Below are positions 26,147 through 33,401 of a stretch of 33,401 nt of DNA, in pieces. Below the pieces are notes generated by a model. The model did no database searches, was not told the origin of the DNA, and saw only the letters and a list, made by a program, of their open reading frames with translations. The stretch comes from a virus (taxonomy: Duplodnaviria > Caudoviricetes). Where the stretch lies: the IMG/VR virus record IMGVR_UViG_3300032304_000486, positions 1-33,401 of that record, one strand, 5' to 3'. The first letter of the stretch is position 1. Each line of letters begins with the position of its first letter. Made by a program: the position numbers and the translations under genes.

Positions 26147-27115
26147 ATGGTTGGAAAAATTACAAATGACATTCTGCCGTCCGGGTCCCGGATCCCTGGC
26201 ATCATGGGGGTATCCCCGTTCCGTACACCGAATGATGAGTTGGCGGCCAGCATCGACGCGATGGAAGGCAAGCCGCGCCCACCGTTTAATGTAGAGGCCG
26301 CAGACTGGGGCAATACTTTAGAGCCAATCATCATCGAAGAGGCGGCCAAGCGCCTGGGCATCAAGATCAAAGAGTTGCAAGTGGACTATGCGCTTTCCTA
26401 CCTGGAAGATGACGAGATCATTTTGCAATGCTCGCTCGATTCAATTTGGGAAGGTGATGGGCGTACTATAACCACCGACCCGGAGATGGGCGTCTATGTT
26501 GTCGGCGCGAATAGCATTACGCTCAACGGCCTGGGATGTTGCGAATCAAAACTAACGAGCGCCATGCCGGAAGAAGAGCCACCGTTATATCGTGGTCCGC
26601 TCCAGCTCCAGGCGCAATTACTTTGTGCCGGTTATACCTGGGGAGTGATCGCGACCTTGTATCGCGGTACAGAATTGCGGCTTTACTTTTACCAGGCAAG
26701 TGGTAACACCCAGGCTAAGATCATTGACGTATGCAAAGAGTTCACGCGACGCGTTAATAGTCAGTCCTGGTATCCGGTTGCCAGTCCGGCCGATGGTGTT
26801 AAGGCATATCCTACGGTTGACGGATTGCATGAGCCAGTTGAATTAGCTGGTGAGAGTGCAGATCAGGCGCGTCGCTTGATCGAGGCCAAGGCCCATGTCA
26901 AGATCCTGGAAGAAGAGATTGACCAGCTCCAGGCCAAACTCATGGACCAGCTGACGACATCGGAAGAAGGCTATATCAGAAACCCGGATGGTTCTATTGC
27001 GGCGCGGATCAAGTGGGCAATGAGATCGTACAAGGCCCAGCCTGAGAAGGTGACACCAGCCAAAGAGGCCCGCGTTGAGCGCTCCAAAACATTACAAATA
27101 TTGGGAGTTAAATAA
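26147..27115 (+). CDS. YqaJ-like (lambda-Exo family) recombination exonuclease
   Basis: SGS....IMGVSPF.T, WGNTLEP.I, CSLD, CCESK, QLQAQL. Confidence 0.8.
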   Translation: MVGKITNDILPSGSRIPGIMGVSPFRTPNDELAASIDAMEGKPRPPFNVEAADWGNTLEPIIIEEAAKRLGIKIKELQVDYALSYLEDDEIILQCSLDSIWEGDGRTITTDPEMGVYVVGANSITLNGLGCCESKLTSAMPEEEPPLYRGPLQLQAQLLCAGYTWGVIATLYRGTELRLYFYQASGNTQAKIIDVCKEFTRRVNSQSWYPVASPADGVKAYPTVDGLHEPVELAGESADQARRLIEAKAHVKILEEEIDQLQAKLMDQLTTSEEGYIRNPDGSIAARIKWAMRSYKAQPEKVTPAKEARVERSKTLQILGVK

Positions 27116-27360
27116 TGAAAATAAAATCCTATTTCCAGGAAAGACTAGAGCATCATATCGAGGCCAGGAAGGCGGAGAAAAACTTAGAGCCAATTCCTTT
27201 CGCGGGCCACGTGTGCGATCAATGCGGCAAGACTTTAGAGATCGACCAGGTGCATACGTGCAGTCCGCAAGTGAAGTCCCTGGCGCAGTTGGCCAACGAG
27301 TTCGAGGATAAATACAACGAGAAGATGGGCCGGTCAGGTGTGAGATGGGCGGGCGACTAA
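27115..27360 (+). CDS. hypothetical protein
   Basis: 81 aa, TAATG-coupled, contains CDQC..HTC. Confidence 0.55.
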   Translation: MKIKSYFQERLEHHIEARKAEKNLEPIPFAGHVCDQCGKTLEIDQVHTCSPQVKSLAQLANEFEDKYNEKMGRSGVRWAGD

Positions 27361-27578
27361 TGAAACTTTCACCCACTCCAAAGCAAAAAAGATTGCTGGA
27401 TTTCTTATTGAAATTTCATGCAGATCATGGGGTATTCCCTAGTACCAGGGAGATTGGTACGGCCCTGGGATACTCCAGTCCCTCTACCGTTCATGCCATC
27501 ATGCACAGATTAGAGCGCCGCGGATTGATTAGGATCAAACCATACTTGACCAGGGGAATCGAGATTGTGGTAGATTAA
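27360..27578 (+). CDS. LexA-like winged-HTH DNA-binding protein lacking a peptidase domain
   Basis: TPKQKRLLDFL......G.FPSTREIG.ALG.SSPSTVH.....LERRGLI......RGIEI; start at the TAATG overlap. Confidence 0.85.
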   Translation: MKLSPTPKQKRLLDFLLKFHADHGVFPSTREIGTALGYSSPSTVHAIMHRLERRGLIRIKPYLTRGIEIVVD

Positions 27579-27598
27579 CGTATCTCTTAGCAGAGGCT

Positions 27599-27651
27599 TC
27601 CCAGGGTTCACGACCTGGGACTTTATCCCCGCCTAGTGCGGGGATCTTTTT
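27599..27651. terminator. twin hairpins at the convergence of the early and lysis operons
   Basis: TCCCAGG-N8-CCTGGGA, then ATCCCCGC-CTAGT-GCGGGGAT followed by a T-tract. Confidence 0.65.
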
Positions 27652-28078
27652 ATGCGTATGCCCTGGTCCCGGCCTTATCAATAATCAGCGCTTGACGGCG
27701 CGGCTTATCTTCCGGCTTGTTGGGTACAGAGAGATGGGTCCAGCGATCAAACTCGCGAATGACTTGATCGTATCCCAGGCCGGACGCAATGATTGTTTTA
27801 ACCACTTGATCCGGTGTCATGCCTGGCACTCGAATATCTGCGGCGCATCCAATACGATGCTGGCTTGTATCCTTAGATCCTACTGCGTCATTGACTTGCT
27901 TAGATCTAAATGCTGAGTTAATGATGACCGGCTTATCGCCCAGGGCGCTCTTAACTTCTTCCAAGAAATCAGCCAGGCGCACCAGGTTTGCCATCTCTGC
28001 ATCGTTTGGCGTGTTGTCAAATTCACGGTGGTCCGTGTGGCTTAATTCTTCCAGGGTGAAATGCTCACTTAGGTTCAT
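27650..28078 (-). CDS. endolysin, peptidase M15A family
   Basis: LSEHFTLEEL, INSAFRS..VN.AVG....SQH..G.AAD, WTHLS. Confidence 0.88.
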   Translation of the reverse strand: MNLSEHFTLEELSHTDHREFDNTPNDAEMANLVRLADFLEEVKSALGDKPVIINSAFRSKQVNDAVGSKDTSQHRIGCAADIRVPGMTPDQVVKTIIASGLGYDQVIREFDRWTHLSVPNKPEDKPRRQALIIDKAGTRAYA

Positions 28079-28478
28079 CTTTTTTATCCCTCTTCATATC
28101 CATGATCTTCTCCAACGTGCGTCCGCCGAAATAGAAAGACATAATCAGCATTCCCCATTGCCCCAAGAGTTCAACGTAATTATTGTTTACTTCAATATCC
28201 CAGGCGGACATCATGGCAAATGCAGAATATACAAAGAGGATAAAGACTAAGGTACCTGGGCGGATGTTCTTGCTTAACCAGGAATCGCTGGCCATGTCAG
28301 CTTCCTGGCGCTTGGTTAATTCTTGCGCCTCAATGTTATCTGCATTGAGTTCTGCCAGCCTTCCTTCTTGTTGCATCTTTAGAAGTTCTTGCTGGGCCTT
28401 GGCTTTAGCTTCCGGGTCAGGAATAAACTTGTCCAGGATTTTCATCCCAACATCAACGATTGCAGTCAATGGAAACAT
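28065..28478 (-). CDS. holin (3TM-type)
   Basis: SDSWLSKNIRP, two hydrophobic helices, FYFGGRTLEK; adjacent to the endolysin. Confidence 0.75.
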   Translation of the reverse strand: MFPLTAIVDVGMKILDKFIPDPEAKAKAQQELLKMQQEGRLAELNADNIEAQELTKRQEADMASDSWLSKNIRPGTLVFILFVYSAFAMMSAWDIEVNNNYVELLGQWGMLIMSFYFGGRTLEKIMDMKRDKKDEPK

Positions 28479-28636
28479 TATTTTTTCCCCTTAACTGCGC
28501 GGGCCTCAGATAGCGCGATGGCCACGGCTTGCTTTTGGTTTGTAACCTTTTGGCCGGAGCTAGACTTTAACTTGCCGCCCTTAAATTCGCGCATCACTTT
28601 TTCAACCTTCATCATTTGCTTGCTATTCATTGGCAT
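28478..28636 (-). CDS. small basic protein (DUF6496-like)
   Basis: KVEKVMREFKGGKLKSSSGQKVTNQKQAVAIALSEA. Confidence 0.65.
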   Translation of the reverse strand: MPMNSKQMMKVEKVMREFKGGKLKSSSGQKVTNQKQAVAIALSEARAVKGKK

Positions 28637-28637
28637 A

Positions 28638-28805
28638 TTATTTATTCCCCATCGCTTTTGCGCGAATGTTATCAATCATGTTAGGGTAAGGGCGGCCCGC
28701 TTTCTTGGCCATTGCCTTGGCCGCGCTGAGTTGGCCAGGCGTTAACTTCTTTGATTTGCCCAGGGACTTGGGCCGTTCTTTTTCCCATATCGGTTTAGTT
28801 GCCAT
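28638..28805 (-). CDS. small basic hypothetical protein (55 aa)
   Basis: Manual translation MATKPIWEKERPKSLGKSKKLTPGQLSAAKAMAKKAGRPYPNMIDNIRAKAMGNK; TAATG-coupled. Confidence 0.65.
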   Translation of the reverse strand: MATKPIWEKERPKSLGKSKKLTPGQLSAAKAMAKKAGRPYPNMIDNIRAKAMGNK

Positions 28806-29257
28806 TATGGTTTAATCCCCCAAACTAAGTACCAGGCGATCCAGGCCGCCACTATAAAACAAATAAACTGTACGCGTCGAACGTCTCTTAATTGTTCGTC
28901 GTAAAACTTCTTGCTATTTTGTTCCATGGTTTCGATCTCTTTCTTAATCTTCAAAACTTCTTCCCATTCTTTTGCACCGTACTTCTTTATAAACTCAACC
29001 TTGGCCTGGTATTCTTTTTCACTTATTACTTTGCGGTGCCGGTACTCTTCGAGCGCTTTGTAGATGGCGCGCTCTTTGAGGAGCGCGGCCTTCCTCTCGG
29101 CCGCTTTGCGCTCGCTGGCTTGTCGCTGGGCAACGTCGAAGGCGTCGCCTTGAATTCCTTCGATACTTTTACTGAGCTTGTGACTGGCTTCTCGCGCCCC
29201 ATCAAACGATGCACTAAGAGCCTTAGCCCCTTCAGTAATCCCAAAGTCATCGACCAT
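28805..29257 (-). CDS. coiled-coil protein with a C-terminal TM helix
   Basis: 150 aa, ends FICFIVAAWIAWYLVWG. Confidence 0.65.
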   Translation of the reverse strand: MVDDFGITEGAKALSASFDGAREASHKLSKSIEGIQGDAFDVAQRQASERKAAERKAALLKERAIYKALEEYRHRKVISEKEYQAKVEFIKKYGAKEWEEVLKIKKEIETMEQNSKKFYDEQLRDVRRVQFICFIVAAWIAWYLVWGIKP

Positions 29258-29266
29258 ATCATGAGC

Positions 29267-29470
29267 TTACTTTCCCAGGGCTTTATAAACAATGTCGATC
29301 ATCCATCCGAATACTGCGCCGACCATTAACAGAATGGCACCAGCTCCACGCCAGCGATTCATCTGATCGCTCATGGTTTTAATGCTACCTTTTATATCAG
29401 TCATGTCGCGCTGGAGTTGCTCGACGTGCGCTTCAAGGCGGCCGATTTGCTGGTTAAGATCGTCGGTCAT
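29267..29470 (-). CDS. small coiled-coil + TM protein
   Basis: IGRLEAHVEQL...RWRGAGAILLMVGAVFGW; GGAG RBS. Confidence 0.65.
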   Translation of the reverse strand: MTDDLNQQIGRLEAHVEQLQRDMTDIKGSIKTMSDQMNRWRGAGAILLMVGAVFGWMIDIVYKALGK

Positions 29471-29482
29471 TTCGCATCACTC

Positions 29483-29767
29483 CTACGGCTTGGGATACTT
29501 GGCTTTTACAGAATCAATCGTTGCCTTCCAGGCGTTATAGCCGCCGTGATAAAGGGTATCGAATTGTTCTGCGAATGATGGGTACTCGGCGGCGCGATCG
29601 CGTTGGTATTGCTTGGCCTGGTATTCTGCTTGAAGGCGAGCGATCTCGGCGTTGATCTCTGATTCAGTTGGCTCTACTTGTATGGTGTCTAACCACTCAA
29701 CAGTATTGCCGCGAATAATAAAACTTGCTCCAGGTCTTATTGATTGTATGGCCGTCATTTTTATCAT
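29483..29767 (-). CDS. tail fibre-associated small protein
   Basis: YQRDRAAEYPSFAEQFD.LYH....W...I..VKAKYPKP. Confidence 0.65.
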   Translation of the reverse strand: MIKMTAIQSIRPGASFIIRGNTVEWLDTIQVEPTESEINAEIARLQAEYQAKQYQRDRAAEYPSFAEQFDTLYHGGYNAWKATIDSVKAKYPKP

Positions 29768-30399
29768 GCCGCAATCTCCATGATTGTAAATGTTGAAACT
29801 GCCCTAAAATAATCACTACCATCAATATCACCATCAGTCGCGGCTACGTTAACTCTTGTGCCGCCTTGTGTGCCAGCAATAGTTGTGCAATAAATGCCGT
29901 ATGTAAAAGTTCCGGCACCGGGGGAATCGGATAGTATTGATGCTACATTCATCTGCATTCGAGCGTCTCCGGCGCCGTCTCCAGTCCAAGTTCCACCGAT
30001 ATTTGTTATAGTTCTGCTTCCTGGGCTTGTTGGCGGCTGAATAACATTTGCGCTATTGTAAGAAGATCCTCTAACAACCACAAATCCACCGCCCTGTGCA
30101 TTATGTGAATGACTGTTTATACTAGACATTAAAATAAGTGTGCTACTTGCGTTTAGCTTTGTAATTGAAAGTTGCAATGAGTTAGTGCCATCACTTACAA
30201 GCGCATATGTTCCAGGGCTTGAATTTCCAAATATACCTTGCATAACTACGTTTTGCACTTGTAACACGCTCCCACTCGGAGCGTTCGCATCAGGCACCTG
30301 GCCAGTCAGCTTACTCGCCGCCACCGCCTCAATATTTGCGTTGGGTAGTAGGCCACTTCCGTTCGGTACCAGCCTGGCTATGTTGCGGGCGATTCCCAT
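29764..30399 (-). CDS. second tail fibre/spike-like protein
   Basis: MGIARNIA, PSGSVLQVQ, C-terminal STFTIMEIAA. Confidence 0.6.
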   Translation of the reverse strand: MGIARNIARLVPNGSGLLPNANIEAVAASKLTGQVPDANAPSGSVLQVQNVVMQGIFGNSSPGTYALVSDGTNSLQLSITKLNASSTLILMSSINSHSHNAQGGGFVVVRGSSYNSANVIQPPTSPGSRTITNIGGTWTGDGAGDARMQMNVASILSDSPGAGTFTYGIYCTTIAGTQGGTRVNVAATDGDIDGSDYFRAVSTFTIMEIAA

Positions 30400-30401
30400 G
30401 G

Positions 30402-30758
30402 TTATGCTCCTTGCTGGACTTCGGTCCAGGATGTAGTTGATTCGTTCCAGGTATAAATCTTGCCATCATTCGGCATGGCCACCGGAGCGTCCCATAAACA
30501 AGTTGATTCGTTTAGGGTCCAGCTTGCGTATGGTTTAGGCGGAATGAATGCGTCGCGTTGTGCATCGTATGTATATCCAATACCGGCAAAGTTTTTACGC
30601 AATGGCGTACCGCCATTCTTATGTACGCCGCCATGAGTATTGTATGAAGTTTGGATCCATTGCCCAGGCGATGTATCTACGAATGAATTAAAAAATTCTT
30701 GCTCGGCAACAATCACTTGTTCGACGACGCCATTATTTACTTTTGCAAAATGTCCCAT
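30402..30758 (-). CDS. conserved tail-fibre-associated protein
   Basis: MGHFAKV, WIQTSYNT, RKNFAGIGYTYD...DAFIPPKPYASW.L.E..C.W.APV..P. Confidence 0.7.
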   Translation of the reverse strand: MGHFAKVNNGVVEQVIVAEQEFFNSFVDTSPGQWIQTSYNTHGGVHKNGGTPLRKNFAGIGYTYDAQRDAFIPPKPYASWTLNESTCLWDAPVAMPNDGKIYTWNESTTSWTEVQQGA

Positions 30759-30767
30759 GTCAATTCC

Positions 30768-33329
30768 TTATGCCGTGTACGAGCCGGAGCCAGTAAATGT
30801 CAAAATTGTGTTGGACCCGCTTGTTGTTACCGCTGGAGATCCTGTAGATGTTCCGCTATAGTATGCCGTTGGAATGGCTAATACGACAATTCCGGAGCCG
30901 CCATTACCACCCGCCGTTGAAGAAGATGAACAACCGCCACCGCCGCCACCAGTATTTGTAAACCCTGATTGGTTAACAAACCCACCACCGCCCGCACCTG
31001 GAATACCAGCGCCGGCGGCATTATAAGTTCCACCAGCTCCACCGCCCGCATAAATTTGACCAGTTACAGGGAAACAGGCGCCATCCCCACCTTTGCCACC
31101 AAATATTGAGGTGCCATTAGACCCAGGGGTGCTTGCCCCACCACCACCACCACCGCCGTAAGTATTAGCATCAGTTGATCCAACGCCACCATTGTTTCCT
31201 TGGCCAGCCGTACCAGCACCACCTGAACCACCAAAGTTTGATCCGCCACCAGATCCACCAGAACCGCCATTAAAACCAGGAGAAGAGCCACCACCACCGC
31301 CGGCTCCACCACCAGTTGAAGTAATAGAACCAAATACAGAATTAGAGCCATTTGATCCTTGAACGTCTGATCCACCACCATTTGCGCCACCAGCGCCGAC
31401 GGTAACTGTATATGTTGTTCCTGAAGTTAAAGTGAGAAAGCCAGTTCTAAAACCGCCAGCCCCACCAGCACCACGCCCACCCGTTCCAGCGGCTCCACCG
31501 CCACCCGCAACAACGCAATATTGAACGCTATATCCCGAAGATGTTATTAGATTCCAAGACCCATTTCGATATACCTCAAGTTCATTAAGACTTGAGTTAT
31601 ATCGCGTTTGCCCATTAACAGGACTGCCAGGGCGTTGTGCAGTTGTTCCACTTGGAAGATTTGCGGCACCAGTCACAGATGTCTTAGCAACAAATCCGGC
31701 GTCGGTTTGTGCAATCGTATAAGTATTCGCCACCAGGAAAGAGCCAAACGCGTCAACGACTAGCTCGTCGTTTAATGCCGCGGCGCTTACTAACGTGATC
31801 GATGTACCATTCGTGGCCGTGTAATCGTCGCCAGGACGCAAGCGAACACCGTTCAATGTAACGATGATTGCTGGCGCGACGTACGATAAGCTGGCCCCGT
31901 TTGCATCGTTACCGGAGAAAACGGTTTGCCCGGCAGTTGCTACAAACTCAAACGTCGCGAGAGTTGCTACCGACGCGGATGATGCGGCAATCCAGCCGGA
32001 TGCCGTGTAAACCTTCATCACGCCATCGGTTGTATTGAAGTAAAGCGCGCCAATTGCTAAAGCATTGCCATCATTATCCAGGGCCGGATCAGAAGTTTTC
32101 GCGCCCAGGTAACGATCATCAAAGTTATCCAACAAGGCGGCCGCACTTGCCGCACTAGACGCCGCTGATGTTGCTGAGTTAGCCGATGCAGTTGCAGAGC
32201 TGGCGGCGTTCGTGGCTTGTGTTGTGGCCGTCGATGCTGAATTGCTTGCGTTGGTTGCACTTGTTGACGCATTGCTGGCAGAAGTCGATGCCGCGCTTGC
32301 ACTACTAGCCGCGTTGGTTGCACTTGTTGATGCGCCGCTTGCTGATGTAGCCGCATTCGTCGCCTGGGTTGTTGCAGTTGACGCGCTATTGCTGGCCGAT
32401 GTTGCGCTTGTTGCCGCATTCGACGCAGAAGTTGACGCATTGCTCGCTTGTGTCGTTGCAGTTGACGCAGATCCGGACGCGCTTGTTGCTGAGTTGGACG
32501 CGTTCGTTGCCGAAGTTGACGCATTGCTGGCCGACGTACTAGCGGCACTTGCAGAGCTGGCCGCATTCGTGGCCGATGTTGAGGCGTTCGATGCAGAAGT
32601 AGATGCCGCGCTCGCTGAACTGGCGGCCGCACTAGCTGATGCCGCGGCGGCACTAGCGGATGATGCCGCACTTGCCGCATCGACTACTAGGTCCCACTTA
32701 GCAGAATCAGCATTCGAGCTGATTGGCGTTGTGCCAACAGAAGTATGAGCAGTATTGGCGCGATATACGTTTGCATTGCTGGAATCTTTTACCAGGTCAC
32801 GGACGGTATAGGCTTGACCAGCGGCCCAGTTACCACGCCAGTTACCAATCTCTTCACCAACAGTAGGATTACCAGTCGAATCGAATGCCAGGATCTTTCC
32901 GGCGCGGGAAGTTTGCACCGGCAATACCATATTGATAGAGGCCGGGTCCGTTACTGGAGCCAAGATCGCACGACCCAATGATTCAGCATTTTGCTGATTA
33001 AAAATGGTTTGCTGGTCCAGCTCTAAGTTTAGAGATGCCGCAGTAAAGTCGCCACCAGTTACGTAATCAGATGCACGGGTAATATCCCTGGCACCCACAA
33101 TCGTGATCCGCTTAGTGGATCCAGGAGCAGTAACAAAGGTGACTGATCCGGTACCGTTTGAATTGATCGTTACCGTGTAATCAGTTGTCAGCGTTTTGAG
33201 AGTTGAATCAACATATACGTCGATGTCAGTTTGCGCCAATATCTCAAAGGTAAATGCGTACGGCCCTACACCGGCAGATCCGGTATAGACTACGCGACGC
33301 ACTACGGGTGAAATTGGGAAATCAGCCAT
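30768..33329 (-). CDS. tail fibre protein
   Basis: 853 aa; T7-like N-terminal anchor (YTGS.GVGPYAFTF...DYTV), Ala/Ser/Thr repeat stalk, FDDRYLGAK motif, Gly-rich C-terminal domain; AGGAG RBS. Confidence 0.85.
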   Translation of the reverse strand: MADFPISPVVRRVVYTGSAGVGPYAFTFEILAQTDIDVYVDSTLKTLTTDYTVTINSNGTGSVTFVTAPGSTKRITIVGARDITRASDYVTGGDFTAASLNLELDQQTIFNQQNAESLGRAILAPVTDPASINMVLPVQTSRAGKILAFDSTGNPTVGEEIGNWRGNWAAGQAYTVRDLVKDSSNANVYRANTAHTSVGTTPISSNADSAKWDLVVDAASAASSASAAAASASAAASSASAASTSASNASTSATNAASSASAASTSASNASTSATNASNSATSASGSASTATTQASNASTSASNAATSATSASNSASTATTQATNAATSASGASTSATNAASSASAASTSASNASTSATNASNSASTATTQATNAASSATASANSATSAASSAASAAALLDNFDDRYLGAKTSDPALDNDGNALAIGALYFNTTDGVMKVYTASGWIAASSASVATLATFEFVATAGQTVFSGNDANGASLSYVAPAIIVTLNGVRLRPGDDYTATNGTSITLVSAAALNDELVVDAFGSFLVANTYTIAQTDAGFVAKTSVTGAANLPSGTTAQRPGSPVNGQTRYNSSLNELEVYRNGSWNLITSSGYSVQYCVVAGGGGAAGTGGRGAGGAGGFRTGFLTLTSGTTYTVTVGAGGANGGGSDVQGSNGSNSVFGSITSTGGGAGGGGGSSPGFNGGSGGSGGGSNFGGSGGAGTAGQGNNGGVGSTDANTYGGGGGGGASTPGSNGTSIFGGKGGDGACFPVTGQIYAGGGAGGTYNAAGAGIPGAGGGGFVNQSGFTNTGGGGGGCSSSSTAGGNGGSGIVVLAIPTAYYSGTSTGSPAVTTSGSNTILTFTGSGSYTA
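32140..32680 (-). repeat. degenerate heptad (21-nt) repeats coding the Ala/Ser/Thr/Asn stalk
   Basis: Units such as ASTSASN / ASTSATN / ASTATTQ repeated over ~180 codons. Confidence 0.85.
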
Positions 33330-33401
33330 TTTTTTCTCCTGATAATTTATACCTTAAACTGGTACGTTTTGCCATCATTATTTCCTTCTTGGCGGGGGTT
33401 C

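Noticed and set aside
27579-27649. tRNA or attP in the convergent intergenic gap
   Set aside because: No cloverleaf or T-loop consensus; the hairpins explain it as terminators. An att site cannot be judged without the host sequence.
32057-32748. 207-aa and 178-aa ORFs overlapping the tail fibre
   Set aside because: They are artefacts of the low-complexity Ala/Ser/Thr repeat, which lacks stop codons in other frames.
29764-33329. Diversity-generating retroelement targeting the tail fibres
   Set aside because: No reverse transcriptase and no template/variable repeat pair were seen.

Overview
This window is most of the genome of a tailed podovirus-type phage, read as a circularly permuted contig. 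Both ends fall in or near the internal-virion/tail module, and no host genes are visible. The minus strand carries a BPP-1/HTVC010P-like virion module (terS, terL, portal, scaffold, major capsid, tail tube A/B, internal/ejection proteins, tail fibres) and lysis genes (M15A endolysin, holin). It also carries a replication block (Arc-like regulator, Holliday resolvase, putative SSB, TOPRIM-RepA primase-helicase, iteron/DnaA-box origin). A plus-strand early block holds an LPD29 protein, a serine recombinase, a SpoT/Mesh1-type HD hydrolase, a YqaJ exonuclease and a LexA-like HTH protein. No RNA or DNA polymerase is seen. The main finding is a 1073-aa protein among the ejection genes that carries a ParB-like domain and a RelA/SpoT-type synthetase domain. 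Directly after that domain, an antisense 68-codon gene with its own sigma70 promoter and RBS is nested inside the ORF and is a candidate antitoxin. The genome separately encodes a small alarmone hydrolase. Other observations are strong CCWGG over-representation and a capsid 5'UTR with a duplicated internal-loop RNA motif. All family calls are motif recognition by eye; no searches were run.
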